Numbered from the stretch's first letter, positions 37,365 to 47,900 are shown. The stretch: 64,000 bases of DNA from an uncultured Chitinophaga sp. (GCA_964493695.1 CAZBPG010000005.1:20602-84601), one strand, 5' to 3'. Made by a program: numbers and translations. Notes: generated by a model not told the origin, from the letters alone.

Positions 37365-38377
37365 TGTCCTCTCCCTCCATTACAGTATTAATGCCCGTAT
37401 ATAATGCTGAGAAATATTTGCGCGAGGCCATTGAAAGCATTTTAGAACAAACATTTACCGATTTTGAATTTCTGATTATCAATGATGGGTCCACAGATAA
37501 ATCAGAAGACATAATACTCAGCTATACTGATACGAGAATACGTTATGTGAAAAACGAATCAAACCTTAAACTAGTTGCTACCCTTAATAAGGGATTCAAC
37601 CTTGCTACGGGAAAATATGTAGTACGAACTGATGCAGATGACTTGAATTATCCCGACCGCATTGAATTACAATACAGCTTCATGGAACAAAATCCTTCTA
37701 TCGGATTATCGGGAACAGGGTTTGAAATATTCGGTGAAAATACTTCAGTTAGTAAAGTACAATATTCCCCAGACCATAATACCATTTGTCTAAAACATCT
37801 TTATCAAATTCATCTATCGCACGGCACTTCTATTTTTAGGATGGATGTAGTTAAACAGCACAACTTGTACTTTGACCCTTCGTATGTTCATGCCGAAGAT
37901 TACGAGTTGTGGACTCGGTTTTCGCAAGTGAGTCGATTAGCAAACATACAGAAAGTACTATACAAAGTTCGGCATCATGAAGAAGAGGTATCAAAATTAA
38001 ATCAAGCTACACAACAACAAAATAGTATGCGGGTAAAACAAAATCAATTTTTGAAAATGGGAATAAAATTATCAGAAACAGAGATTCATTTGTTTGCCAG
38101 AGTATGCCAGCATGAATACATCAATAACAAGCATTTTATCGAAACAGTACAAAAACTGTTGGAGTGCTTAATGAAAGCTAATGACAAGAGTAGTCTAATT
38201 GAAAGAAACTTCTTCAATAAAAACCTAGCGCAACTTTGGCTGAATGTTACATACAATTGCACTGGGCTTGGGTTGTTTTCATTAAAACAATTTTTTTCTT
38301 CACCGCTTTGCAAATACATTTCACTAAGTACTTCTCAAAAAATCAGCTTTTATGTAAAAGCGCTTGCAAGAATTTAA
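37364..38377 (+). CDS. glycosyltransferase family 2
   Basis: ITVLMPVYNAEKYLREAIESILEQTFTDFEFLIINDGSTDKS is followed by RTDADD. The start overlaps the upstream stop (TAATG). Confidence 0.85.
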   Translation: MSSPSITVLMPVYNAEKYLREAIESILEQTFTDFEFLIINDGSTDKSEDIILSYTDTRIRYVKNESNLKLVATLNKGFNLATGKYVVRTDADDLNYPDRIELQYSFMEQNPSIGLSGTGFEIFGENTSVSKVQYSPDHNTICLKHLYQIHLSHGTSIFRMDVVKQHNLYFDPSYVHAEDYELWTRFSQVSRLANIQKVLYKVRHHEEEVSKLNQATQQQNSMRVKQNQFLKMGIKLSETEIHLFARVCQHEYINNKHFIETVQKLLECLMKANDKSSLIERNFFNKNLAQLWLNVTYNCTGLGLFSLKQFFSSPLCKYISLSTSQKISFYVKALARI

Positions 38378-38381
38378 AGTT

Positions 38382-39302
38382 ATGAAGCCCTTTTTCAGTA
38401 TAATCATTCCTACCTACAACCGTGCGCAATTGATTGGCAAGGCTATTGACAGCGTGGTTAAACAAACCTTTTCTGATTGGGAACTGGTGATTGTTGATGA
38501 TGGCTCAACCGATGACACAAAGGATGTGATTGAAAAATACAAGCTGCAGAACAACCGCATAAAGTATATCTACCAGCCAAATGCTGAACGGAGTGCTGCC
38601 CGCAATAATGGAATTAAAAATGCTCAGGGCGAATACATTTGCTTTTTAGACAGCGATGATTACTTCTTACCCAACCGACTTGAAATATTATTTAAAGAAT
38701 TAAAAAAACGAAGTTTCCAGGTAGCAGCATTCTTTACAGGTGTAAAAATTGAAAAGAATGGATCTCTTTTCCCTAAAGAGGATCTAATACATACCGATAA
38801 TATTTTCGAATATCTGGTTTTGACCGCTATTCATAGTCAGCAAGTATGCATTCACAGCAATATCTTAAAAGAAGTCAACTACGATACTCAGTTAAACATT
38901 GGTGAGGATTTAGAGTTATGGATGCGTATAGCGAATAAATTTCCGTTTATCCGAATGGAAAACCAGCACACGATTGTTGTAGTAGACCATGAAGACCGAA
39001 CAGTAAACGTAAAAAGAAATAATGTCTATTTTGATACTTTACGGCTGTGTAAACATATATTCAACGATGAAAAATACGGAAACAGAGTTTCACACAAAAC
39101 ACAATTAAAAATTATTGGCAACTGTTACTATGGCGTAGTAAAGTATAACATCTACCAACGCAGGAGATTTCTGGCGATGTATTATTTAACTAAATCAATT
39201 CTTATTGATACAGATACTCCTTTGTTAAAATTCCGAGTAAATATTTTCCTTAAGCTTCTTTTAGGTGTTTCTATTAAAAAAATTGAAAAATTTATTGAAT
39301 GA
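38382..39302 (+). CDS. glycosyltransferase family 2 (paralog of 36441-37364)
   Basis: FSIIIPTYNRAQLIGKAIDSVVKQTFSDWELVIVDDGSTDDT is followed by ERSAARNNGI and FLDSDD. The ATG at 38382 is preferred to the TTG at 38364. Confidence 0.85.
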   Translation: MKPFFSIIIPTYNRAQLIGKAIDSVVKQTFSDWELVIVDDGSTDDTKDVIEKYKLQNNRIKYIYQPNAERSAARNNGIKNAQGEYICFLDSDDYFLPNRLEILFKELKKRSFQVAAFFTGVKIEKNGSLFPKEDLIHTDNIFEYLVLTAIHSQQVCIHSNILKEVNYDTQLNIGEDLELWMRIANKFPFIRMENQHTIVVVDHEDRTVNVKRNNVYFDTLRLCKHIFNDEKYGNRVSHKTQLKIIGNCYYGVVKYNIYQRRRFLAMYYLTKSILIDTDTPLLKFRVNIFLKLLLGVSIKKIEKFIE

Positions 39303-39368
39303 ATAAACTAAGACACACTAACAATAAGTTTCCTTGTCCATTACTATTCTGTTAATAAACAACGATTT

Positions 39369-40325
39369 ATGGCTTCAGATTTTGGAATTATTCTTACTAC
39401 TTATATCGGTGATTATTATCTAACCAAAGCTCTATTAGCAAGTATTAAAAAATACATGCCTGAGATGCCCATTTGCATTATCCAGGATGGAGATTTTTCG
39501 TTGGAAGAAATTAAAAAGGCTTACAACATCACACACATTATCAAAAAAGAAACGGTAAAAAATGAATTCATTAAAGAAAATTGTTTCCGTTCACGTTGCT
39601 CAAATCTTGCTGCTTTCAGCGAATCACCTTTTGAAAAATTTCTCTTCCTTGATTCGGATATAGTATTATGGGGAAATATTCTGAAGCATGTTGGCGTAGA
39701 TAATTTTGACTTTGTTCATAACGAACCCCATGAACCATATACAGATAAAATTTATAGAGAACAATATTTTGTGCCGGAAAGACTCTTTAAGCATACCGAA
39801 GGTTTTGAATGGAAGGACTGTCATTTCTTTAATTCAGGTACCTTTATTGCCAAGAAGAACATGTTTGACCAAAAAGAAATTGAAGAGACCATTGACTTAC
39901 GAAAAGCAGATTGGACATTATTGCCATCAGCACCACAAAGCTTTATTAATCTATTGGTGTTTCGCAATAAGATGAAAGGGAAGATAAAAGTTGGAGAAGC
40001 TCATCTTCAAACAAACGTTCCGGTATTGACTACAGCTTACCTTGAGAAGAAATTTGTTTTTGCAAATGGTGAGCCTGTGGTAAATCAGGACACCGTAATT
40101 CATTGGGCCGGGCTAAAACCATTAATGATGAATAGTGGCAAAGTTTTTTTAACTCCTGAAGTATATTTCAGGAAACTTCATCTGAAAAATATTGGTTCCA
40201 TTTGGCGGTTTGTACCGGTAGTTTATTTTTATTATGAAGAAGTTATAGCAGTGCTGAACGTTTATCACAACGGCTCTATCTTGACCTATTTGAAACGAAA
40301 AATTTTATCCTGGTTTAAAAAATAA
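39369..40325 (+). CDS. putative nucleotide-diphospho-sugar transferase (GT8-like fold)
   Basis: 318 aa. LFLDSDIVLWGN (DxD) and FFNSGTFIAKKNMF resemble GT8-type motifs. The call is weak. Confidence 0.4.
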   Translation: MASDFGIILTTYIGDYYLTKALLASIKKYMPEMPICIIQDGDFSLEEIKKAYNITHIIKKETVKNEFIKENCFRSRCSNLAAFSESPFEKFLFLDSDIVLWGNILKHVGVDNFDFVHNEPHEPYTDKIYREQYFVPERLFKHTEGFEWKDCHFFNSGTFIAKKNMFDQKEIEETIDLRKADWTLLPSAPQSFINLLVFRNKMKGKIKVGEAHLQTNVPVLTTAYLEKKFVFANGEPVVNQDTVIHWAGLKPLMMNSGKVFLTPEVYFRKLHLKNIGSIWRFVPVVYFYYEEVIAVLNVYHNGSILTYLKRKILSWFKK

Positions 40326-40333
40326 CTTGTTCA

Positions 40334-41329
40334 ATGAGTATTGTACCAAGGATAAAATCTAAAGTTTTTCGTGCATATAGAGAGTTGGTTTTTGAAACAC
40401 CTCTAATTTCTCACAACATAAAATATCCTAGGCGTAACATCATAATCATGTATCACGGTATTGATACAGCAGGTAGAAATTTGTTTAATGGTAGACATAC
40501 TCCTATTCATTTTTTCGAAAAGCAAATTCGTTTTCTCAAAACCCGGCTTAAAGTAGTTCCACTAAAAGATTACTTTGAAAACAGTAATTCGCAAAGTGAT
40601 TTGTGTGCTATTACTTTTGATGACGGGTATCTGAACAATTTGACAAATGCACTTCCTATTCTTGAAAAATACAATTGTCCTGCTACTTTTTTTATTACCG
40701 GCATGAATGAGATAGGTTCTGATATACTATGGGCTGATTATGTAAACATCGTTAATAAACTGTGTTATAAAGAAGTAAAAATAGACGATGAGGTGTTTGT
40801 GAATTCAAATGAAAATTACGTTTCAAAAAGTCGAGGCTTAGCATTGTTAGATATTGTAAAGACCGAGAAGTGCGATTATACTTATAAGGAAAAAATTTAT
40901 GCTGCATTTAACAACCATGTGAATTTTAAAAAAGAAGAAAAATATTTCGAGTACTGGAAATTAATGACTGACGAACAGATAAAACTATTGTCAAAATCAA
41001 GATATGCAGAAATAGGAAGTCACGGATACTACCACAACAATCTTGGCAATATTTCAAAAGATTCAGCATATGATGAATTGACTCGCTCAAAAAAGTACTT
41101 AGAAAATTTAATACAAAAAGAAGTTACCTCTATCGGCTATCCAGACGGCTCTTATAGCGATTCGGTAAGTAATTATGCTGCAGATATCGGCATTGTACAT
41201 CAAACATGCAGCGAATACTTTAATAAAACAGAAGACCGATGGAACACTGTTCTCAAAAACAGGGCAGGAGTCTACAATTTCGATTCTGCGGGGAATCAGT
41301 TGCTGAGTGCACTTAACCACGAATTATGA
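40334..41329 (+). CDS. polysaccharide deacetylase (NodB homology / CE4)
   Basis: AITFDDGYLNN, ATFFITG and EIGSHGYYHNNL correspond to NodB motifs 1-3. Confidence 0.8.
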   Translation: MSIVPRIKSKVFRAYRELVFETPLISHNIKYPRRNIIIMYHGIDTAGRNLFNGRHTPIHFFEKQIRFLKTRLKVVPLKDYFENSNSQSDLCAITFDDGYLNNLTNALPILEKYNCPATFFITGMNEIGSDILWADYVNIVNKLCYKEVKIDDEVFVNSNENYVSKSRGLALLDIVKTEKCDYTYKEKIYAAFNNHVNFKKEEKYFEYWKLMTDEQIKLLSKSRYAEIGSHGYYHNNLGNISKDSAYDELTRSKKYLENLIQKEVTSIGYPDGSYSDSVSNYAADIGIVHQTCSEYFNKTEDRWNTVLKNRAGVYNFDSAGNQLLSALNHEL

Positions 41330-42270
41330 ATAACGAGTATCGTTTCGAGAGGTTGAATGAGAAAAACATCATCGACCTTCTTCCGCTCTATTTGGATGCA
41401 TTTCATGAAGTACGCTCGATTGATATTGTCCGGGCAAAATTTGATACTGCTTCATTTGGAGCGAAAAACTGGGCATTTATTGCCTACGCAAATGACAATA
41501 CTGCAGCAGCACTATATGCTTTGTTTCCGGTAATTATTACAAAAAATGAACGAGAAATTCTTGCTGGGCAGGTCGGTGATTTAATGACACATAGCAATCA
41601 TCGAAGAAAAGGTCTTTATATTACCCTAGCTGATATGACACATCAACTTGCACGCCTTGAGGGCGTTGAACTTATTTTTACTGTTCCTTATGGAGAAAAT
41701 GCCTCTTATCAAGGTTTTATGAATCGATTAAATTTTATACACACACACAACTTGAATGGCTACTATTTTAAAGTAAATGCTTTCCCTACGTTTTTGTTTA
41801 CTTCAAAAAGTCACTTCATAAATCAAATTTATCTTGCATTTGCAAAACAAATTCTTTCGCGCTTGTTTAGTATTGTATATTCATTTAAGAACGATCTTGT
41901 TTCAGATTACGCTGAAGTAATTAGGAGCAATTCCTTTTTCGATTACAAAAAAAAATACAGTCAAACTTACGTAATGCAGATTGACAACGTAGCTGTTTGG
42001 TTTAAAATTGATAAAGGATCGCTAAAAGTTGGGGATATAGAGAAGAAATCGAATAAAAATTTCGAAAACATTTTGATAGGTTTAAAATGGGTAGCTTTTG
42101 CGCTTGGAATACGAATAATTCAATTTGAAGCAAGCCCCGATACTTATTTGGATAAACTACTACAAAAAATTGCAACTCCCATTTGCAATTATCGCGTTTG
42201 CCTCCTAAACTTCTCGAACCTTTCCGATACCGATTTCAAATTTACTTTTGCCGATCTTGATAACTTTTAA
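41326..42270 (+). CDS. GNAT-family acyltransferase
   Basis: GQVGDLMTHSNHRRKGLYITLADMTHQLARLEG resembles GNAT motif A. It is coupled to the upstream gene by an ATGA overlap. Confidence 0.55.
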   Translation: MNNEYRFERLNEKNIIDLLPLYLDAFHEVRSIDIVRAKFDTASFGAKNWAFIAYANDNTAAALYALFPVIITKNEREILAGQVGDLMTHSNHRRKGLYITLADMTHQLARLEGVELIFTVPYGENASYQGFMNRLNFIHTHNLNGYYFKVNAFPTFLFTSKSHFINQIYLAFAKQILSRLFSIVYSFKNDLVSDYAEVIRSNSFFDYKKKYSQTYVMQIDNVAVWFKIDKGSLKVGDIEKKSNKNFENILIGLKWVAFALGIRIIQFEASPDTYLDKLLQKIATPICNYRVCLLNFSNLSDTDFKFTFADLDNF

Positions 42271-43448
42271 TGTGTTTCCATATAATGAAGGGTAAAAGGA
42301 TTTTTATTGTTTCCACAGAATTTCCGCCTGGACCGGGAGGCATAGGGTCGCATGCATATCAAGTTTCGAAAGAGTTGTATGCCCTTGGATGGGAAGTAAG
42401 TGTTTTTAGTGAACAAGCTAATTGTCCAGAAGAAGAAATTAGGGCATTCAACGAAAAATCTCCTTTTAAAATTTTTCGCTTATCCCCTACACCATCGTTC
42501 GTTTCCCTTTTAGTTAAATTATTCAAACTACTTGCAGCATTTCTGAAGCATCGACCCGATGTTGTTTTAGGAACGGGTAAACATGGCGCATGGTTTGCTG
42601 TATTGATAGGTAAACTAACTTTTACAAAAACAACAGTTGTTGGTCATGGAACAGAATTTATTACCACCATGTCTGCACATTCAAGAAACATAAACAATTG
42701 GATCTATTCAAATGCCAGTGCTATTGTTTATGTTTCAAATTACACCAAACGAATTGCAGAAAAAGTAGGTATCGCGTGCAAAAGGTCTTACGTAATTCAT
42801 AATGGCGCAGATGACAGTTTATTCTATCCCTTACAAGAAAAAGAAATAGCGGAATTCAAAAATTTTAAAAACATTAATAAGCAAAAGATTATTACTACCG
42901 TTGGCAATGTTCAGCCGCGCAAAGGTCATGAATGGGTGATAAGAGCTATGCCCAAAATTCTGAAATCAATTCCTGATGCCCATTACTATTGCATAGGCCC
43001 ACCTTCTATTAAAAACCATCTTCAAAACCTTGCCAAAGAATTACAGATAGAGAAACATGTTCATTTTACGGGAAGAATATTAAACTCAGACTTGTTGTTA
43101 TGGCTAAATGCCACTGATGTTTTTGTTATGACCAGCATAGCCACTGATTATGGAGATGTAGAAGGCTTTGGGATAGCGGTGATTGAAGCAGCACTATGTA
43201 GAAAACCTGCAGTAGTAACTAGTGAGTCAGGACCTGGTGAAGCAATTATTGAAAATGTAACAGGATTTGGAGCAAAAGAAAGAGACATTGATACTATTGC
43301 ACAAAAGCTAAAGGAACTTCTGCAAGATGAAGGCCTAAGAAATACCATGGGAGAAAATGCGCTCAATAATGCAAAGCAAAATTTAACATGGTCAATTGTT
43401 GTCAAAAAATATGATGCAGTGCTATCAAAGCTTATTGAAAAATTATAA
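42270..43448 (+). CDS. glycosyltransferase family 4
   Basis: RIFIVSTEFPPGPGGIGSHAY is at the N-terminus and EGFGIAVIEAALCRKPAVVT in the C-terminal domain. An alternative ATG lies at 42285. Confidence 0.85.
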   Translation: MCFHIMKGKRIFIVSTEFPPGPGGIGSHAYQVSKELYALGWEVSVFSEQANCPEEEIRAFNEKSPFKIFRLSPTPSFVSLLVKLFKLLAAFLKHRPDVVLGTGKHGAWFAVLIGKLTFTKTTVVGHGTEFITTMSAHSRNINNWIYSNASAIVYVSNYTKRIAEKVGIACKRSYVIHNGADDSLFYPLQEKEIAEFKNFKNINKQKIITTVGNVQPRKGHEWVIRAMPKILKSIPDAHYYCIGPPSIKNHLQNLAKELQIEKHVHFTGRILNSDLLLWLNATDVFVMTSIATDYGDVEGFGIAVIEAALCRKPAVVTSESGPGEAIIENVTGFGAKERDIDTIAQKLKELLQDEGLRNTMGENALNNAKQNLTWSIVVKKYDAVLSKLIEKL

Positions 43449-44726
43449 AAAGGAACTTGCCTCTTCTATGAATTGTTTGTAATTCTTCTCGGCATTGTAC
43501 TTCTTGTTCCAAGTATTAAATGCCTCTTTTCGCATATTGCTTCGCGCTTCAGGTTCTAGTAAGTAATAGCGCAATATTTCCTGTTTTACTTTTTCAGCAT
43601 TAGGATACGGAGGCAACAAAAAGCCGTTCCGTCCATCCTCAATAATTTCAGCAACTCCACCTACATTAGTTCCAATAACGGGTACGCTATAACTCATTGC
43701 CTCCATCATCGAAACAGGAATTCCCTCTGTTTGGCTTACGTTTAAAAAGAAGTCGAATTTTTTTTGGTCGTATAACTTAAACAATTCACATTTTTCTGTT
43801 TGACCCTTAAATGAAAATCTGATGTTCTCATTTAATGTAAGTTTTTGATCGGCATACTCTTTTATTTTATTGAATCCTTCCTCAGAATTATGGACGTGTC
43901 CGACATGAATCCATTCAATCTTGATATCTGTAATCAATGATAGCGTATCTATTATCAAATCAATTCTCTTGATCATCTGTATGTAAGCTACACTTATTAT
44001 CCGTATGGTGTCAGAGTTGATTTTGTCAATAAAACTCCGGTTTGCCGCAATGCCTATTCTGTTCACTGAAACTTTTTTCTTATCAAAGGTAGAAAGCTGG
44101 TGTTTCTCACAAAAATATTCCATTGCATTTCCAGAGATAAAATAAAGATGGTTTAGATGATTGAAAATATATTTTCTGAAAAACTGATATTTAACCGGGC
44201 TTCTTTCAAAATAGACATCCTGCGAATGTGCACGGCAGATAACTTTTATTGCTGGAACTGCTTTTTTAACCAAGATAGCCGCCATCGAACTTTCAATCAT
44301 CCAATAAGAATAAATGAGTAAATGTGAAACATTTATTTTCTCACTTTTTATCACCTTGTCTAAAAATTGCTTAGTAGCAATAGCTCTTGTGTAAAAAGCA
44401 AACAACTCCTTAAGCAAACCAAAACTTATCACACGCCTTTGCTTAAAAACAATTTCATGTAGTTCAAAATAAAGCATAGGCTTAAAAAACAACTGGAACG
44501 CTTTTATCCTTATCAGAACATTAGTTACTGGAGCGTACCGGTAGACTATCGCATTGGTAGGTGTACATCGCCTTTCCGTGTGACGAGTATCTGCCGAAAT
44601 GACAATCATTTTATCAACTCTTTGAGATAGTCCATTTATTTCTTCATCCAAATAGCTATCAGAGAAATGAAACGGGTAGTAAAGGGAAAAAAAAATGATA
44701 GTTTTGTCGCGCGGATTGGTTGTCAT
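43443..44726 (-). CDS. glycosyltransferase family 4 with an N-terminal extension
   Basis: TEGIPVSMMEAMSYSVPVIGTNVGGVAEIIEDGRNGFLL is present. The ATG at 44726 is preferred to the track TTG at 44738. It is a paralog of 46513-47796. Confidence 0.8.
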   Translation of the reverse strand: MTTNPRDKTIIFFSLYYPFHFSDSYLDEEINGLSQRVDKMIVISADTRHTERRCTPTNAIVYRYAPVTNVLIRIKAFQLFFKPMLYFELHEIVFKQRRVISFGLLKELFAFYTRAIATKQFLDKVIKSEKINVSHLLIYSYWMIESSMAAILVKKAVPAIKVICRAHSQDVYFERSPVKYQFFRKYIFNHLNHLYFISGNAMEYFCEKHQLSTFDKKKVSVNRIGIAANRSFIDKINSDTIRIISVAYIQMIKRIDLIIDTLSLITDIKIEWIHVGHVHNSEEGFNKIKEYADQKLTLNENIRFSFKGQTEKCELFKLYDQKKFDFFLNVSQTEGIPVSMMEAMSYSVPVIGTNVGGVAEIIEDGRNGFLLPPYPNAEKVKQEILRYYLLEPEARSNMRKEAFNTWNKKYNAEKNYKQFIEEASSFL

Positions 44727-44744
44727 AAAATAAGGCAAAAAAAG

Positions 44745-45335
44745 ATGGTTACTTGGAGTAAAATTAAGGAAAGAATTTACTATGAATTTCTTTCTTTGGT
44801 TAAACCTGAAATGATAGGTGTAAAAAATGGCGCAGGCAAAAATGTGTTAAAAGATACACGTGTCAGTAATTTTAGTCATATTTCAAACCCTAGTAATGTT
44901 TTTTTGGGTGACAATGTTTTTATTGCTCACTTTACCTATATCGATGGGTTTCACCGCTCCATTAAAATTGGCAATGGTTGTCAGATTTCCAATTTCACTA
45001 GCATACTGACCCATTCTACTCATCACGCTATTCGTCTTTACGGAGAAGCTCTTCCATTATATTGGCAAACGAGTATGAAAGGGCTGATTACTGGTCCTGT
45101 AGAAATTGGGGAATATACTTTCGTTGGGTCGCATGTGGTAATTATGCCCGGTACTATCATTGGAAAAGGGTGTATTGTTGCCGCTTATTCTTTTTTAGAT
45201 GGCAAGTATGAGGATTATTCTATCGTAAAGGGTAATCCGGCAAAAGTGATTGGTGACACGAGAGAGATTGATGACTGGCTGCTAAGGGAATTCCCTGAAT
45301 TAAATGAATTTTATTACCTCAACATTAAAGAGTGA
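44745..45335 (+). CDS. hexapeptide-repeat (LbH) sugar O-/N-acyltransferase
   Basis: A left-handed beta-helix repeat region is visible (IGNGCQISNFTSI...VEIGEYTFVGSHVVIMPGTIIGKGCIVAAYSFL). The ATG at 44745 is preferred to the extended track ORF. Confidence 0.8.
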   Translation: MVTWSKIKERIYYEFLSLVKPEMIGVKNGAGKNVLKDTRVSNFSHISNPSNVFLGDNVFIAHFTYIDGFHRSIKIGNGCQISNFTSILTHSTHHAIRLYGEALPLYWQTSMKGLITGPVEIGEYTFVGSHVVIMPGTIIGKGCIVAAYSFLDGKYEDYSIVKGNPAKVIGDTREIDDWLLREFPELNEFYYLNIKE

Positions 45336-45414
45336 TGGAACTACATCCAAATGTTTCCGTAGCTCTCATTTGAAGTCTCGTATTGTTCACCGCAGCTAAA
45401 ATTAGAAATAAGTC

Positions 45415-46491
45415 TTGAAAAATGGTTCTTCGGAAACATCTATTGTTTTCCTTCCGGGATACTCTGACCATCCCATTTTAAATAATATCGATAACGATTA
45501 TCCTTTCACTTTTTTAAAGCAGTATCATGCTTTTGAAAAATTTCTTGGCAACGAAACAGGAGTTTTGTTTGAACCAACATCAGGCATTTTGGTCCCAATA
45601 AAAATTTACAAGAAATTTTTTTTTGTATTTGCTCAGTTTTTATACTCTCCTTTTAGAAAGGAAAAGCCAATTTTAGCTGAGGAAGAAGAAACATTTTGGA
45701 TGAATGCTGAGAGTTATCTTCGGGCAAATCTAAATGTTCAAAGAATTCTCCCATCACTGCAATTCTTCAACTGCTCTTCTCCCCCTAAAAATTCATTAAA
45801 CTGTCCTTTGGGAGTTTATTCAATCAACCTGATGCTTTCGGAAGAAGAAATTTTTGGAAAGATACAGGCACGTACACGTAAATATATTAGAGGGAGTTCA
45901 ACAAAAGAAATTGTTATAAAATATGGCGAGGAATGCTTGCCTGATTTCTATTTACTTCTTTCGCAAACTCTACTTCGTGAAGGTGCTTGGTGCGATTCTT
46001 TTGAAAACATTCAATCGTTTTATCGACTTTTAGCTCCCAAAAATATACTGTGCGCAGTTGCATATAGGGGGTCTTTACCCGAAGCTACTCTGCTAGTCCC
46101 CTACACTAATTACCTAGCATTTCTGTATTATGGAGCTGCTTACGAAAACAATGGTGCATCTACTACAAACAAATTTCTTCATTGGGAAATAATGAGAAAA
46201 TTAAAAGCTGAAGGAGTTACTAAATTGATTTTAGGAGGAGTTAGAATGGGAAATGTTTCAGGCACTAAGTACGAACGAATTCAATTTTTCAAAGAACGTT
46301 TGGGGCCTGAGATTGTTCCAGGGTATATTTGGAAAAAAGATTTGAATGTTACGCTTGCAAAAGCATATGATATCATCTTTGGTTTAAGAAATTCCTTTAA
46401 AGGAACAAAGGCAACTCCCGATGTAATTGATTTTTATAATCAAAGAAAGCGGGATACAAATACCACACAAGAGAATACTTCACTGGAATAA
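45415..46491 (+). CDS. FemAB / Acetyltransf_6 (BioF2-like) family transferase
   Basis: 358 aa. It follows the pattern ...RTRKYIRGS...DFYLLLSQTLLREG...LCAVAYRGSLPEATLLVPY...YYGAAYEN......NKFLHWEIMRKLKAEGVTKLILGGV typical of Fem-like double-GNAT proteins. The start is either TTG 45415 or ATG 45422. Confidence 0.55.
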   Translation: MKNGSSETSIVFLPGYSDHPILNNIDNDYPFTFLKQYHAFEKFLGNETGVLFEPTSGILVPIKIYKKFFFVFAQFLYSPFRKEKPILAEEEETFWMNAESYLRANLNVQRILPSLQFFNCSSPPKNSLNCPLGVYSINLMLSEEEIFGKIQARTRKYIRGSSTKEIVIKYGEECLPDFYLLLSQTLLREGAWCDSFENIQSFYRLLAPKNILCAVAYRGSLPEATLLVPYTNYLAFLYYGAAYENNGASTTNKFLHWEIMRKLKAEGVTKLILGGVRMGNVSGTKYERIQFFKERLGPEIVPGYIWKKDLNVTLAKAYDIIFGLRNSFKGTKATPDVIDFYNQRKRDTNTTQENTSLE

Positions 46492-46512
46492 GAAATTGAA
46501 TAACTCGAAGTT

Positions 46513-47796
46513 TTAATGCCCTGTTATTTTTTGAATCAAAGTCATGCTGTTTTTTTCTGAATTAAACTTTTCTTCCCAAACCCGTCTGGCGTTTTTCTTT
46601 AGGTTCTCTTTTTCTTCCGGCATTAAACTAAAATAGTACTTAATTTTTGAGGCTAGTTCTTTAGGTTCAATATCAACAGGTAGCAAAAAACCATTGAATC
46701 CGTCCTCTATCATCTCAGGTACCCCACCTACTTTTGTTGCAATTACCGGCACCCCAAAACTAAGTGCTTCCATAATAGAAACGGGAGTTCCTTCCGTAGT
46801 GCTTACATTGATGAAAAGATTTATTTTTTTTGCTTTATAGATTTCATACAGTTGTTCAAGAGATTTTCTTCCTGCCAATTCATATGTAATGTTGGTTTTA
46901 TATGCCAGTGCCCGTTTAGTGAATTTCTCGAAAGCGGAGAACTGGTTACTGCCGCAGTCATCGCCTACATGCAGCCACTCAATATCTATATCTGTTATCA
47001 ACTCCAGTGAACGAACTATCAGTTCAATTCTTTTTAAGGGTTGAATCCAAGCGTTACTAAGAATTGTAAGTTTATTACTTGACGATTCATATAACGAGTT
47101 TGTGTTTTCGCAACCTATTCGGTTTACAAATGCTTTAGACTTTTGCTTTGATATAGTCAAATGAGTTTTAAAGAAATAGTCCATCCCCTGTTCGGAAATG
47201 AAAATCGGAAAATCTGTGTGCTTGTAAACGAATTTTCGAAATGGCTGGTAGTTTTCAGCCATTCGGTCAAAGTATAAATCCAAGCTATGACTGCGGGTAA
47301 CAGTTTTAATTGGATATTTTTTTTTAAGCAGACTAGCCGCCAAAGCATATTCGAAGTTCCAGTAGCAATAAACAACTGTTTTGTATGCTCTAAAATCTAT
47401 TTCTTTCAAAAAAGGCTCAAGAAATTCCAAATATTTTTCTGCTTTAACCCAATAAGAGACAATGGCCTTCAAAACAGAAACACTAATTCCTTTGTTATAA
47501 ACTCGCTTTAGATTCAAGAGTTCATCTACAAAGATTCTATTCCCGATCAATTTAAATGACGAAATTTTATCGAAAAAATTTAAGACAACTTGAAGATTAT
47601 GTACTCTTACATTGGGTGGGACAGATAGGCATCCATCGTGTTCTGTGCTTAGTGAAATAACATCAACCGTTTCGAAATTTTCCGAAAGTTGCTGAACCTC
47701 ATTACTAATATAGGCATCATAAGAGACACCTTGATGCGTATAAGGGAAAAACCAGGTGAAAAGAAATGCCTTAGCTTTTTTATTATGTTTGTCCAT
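46513..47796 (-). CDS. glycosyltransferase family 4 with an N-terminal extension
   Basis: TEGTPVSIMEALSFGVPVIATKVGGVPEMIEDGFNGFLLP is present. The ATG at 47796 is preferred to the GTG at 47802. Confidence 0.8.
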   Translation of the reverse strand: MDKHNKKAKAFLFTWFFPYTHQGVSYDAYISNEVQQLSENFETVDVISLSTEHDGCLSVPPNVRVHNLQVVLNFFDKISSFKLIGNRIFVDELLNLKRVYNKGISVSVLKAIVSYWVKAEKYLEFLEPFLKEIDFRAYKTVVYCYWNFEYALAASLLKKKYPIKTVTRSHSLDLYFDRMAENYQPFRKFVYKHTDFPIFISEQGMDYFFKTHLTISKQKSKAFVNRIGCENTNSLYESSSNKLTILSNAWIQPLKRIELIVRSLELITDIDIEWLHVGDDCGSNQFSAFEKFTKRALAYKTNITYELAGRKSLEQLYEIYKAKKINLFINVSTTEGTPVSIMEALSFGVPVIATKVGGVPEMIEDGFNGFLLPVDIEPKELASKIKYYFSLMPEEKENLKKNARRVWEEKFNSEKNSMTLIQKITGH

Positions 47797-47900
47797 ATAC
47801 ACCGAAATGTATAAAAATGCCGCTTCGCAGCAGAAATGTTTACTTCAAAATTCTGTATATTATCTTTAATAACCCGTTTACAAATTGGGTGCTTGTTTTA

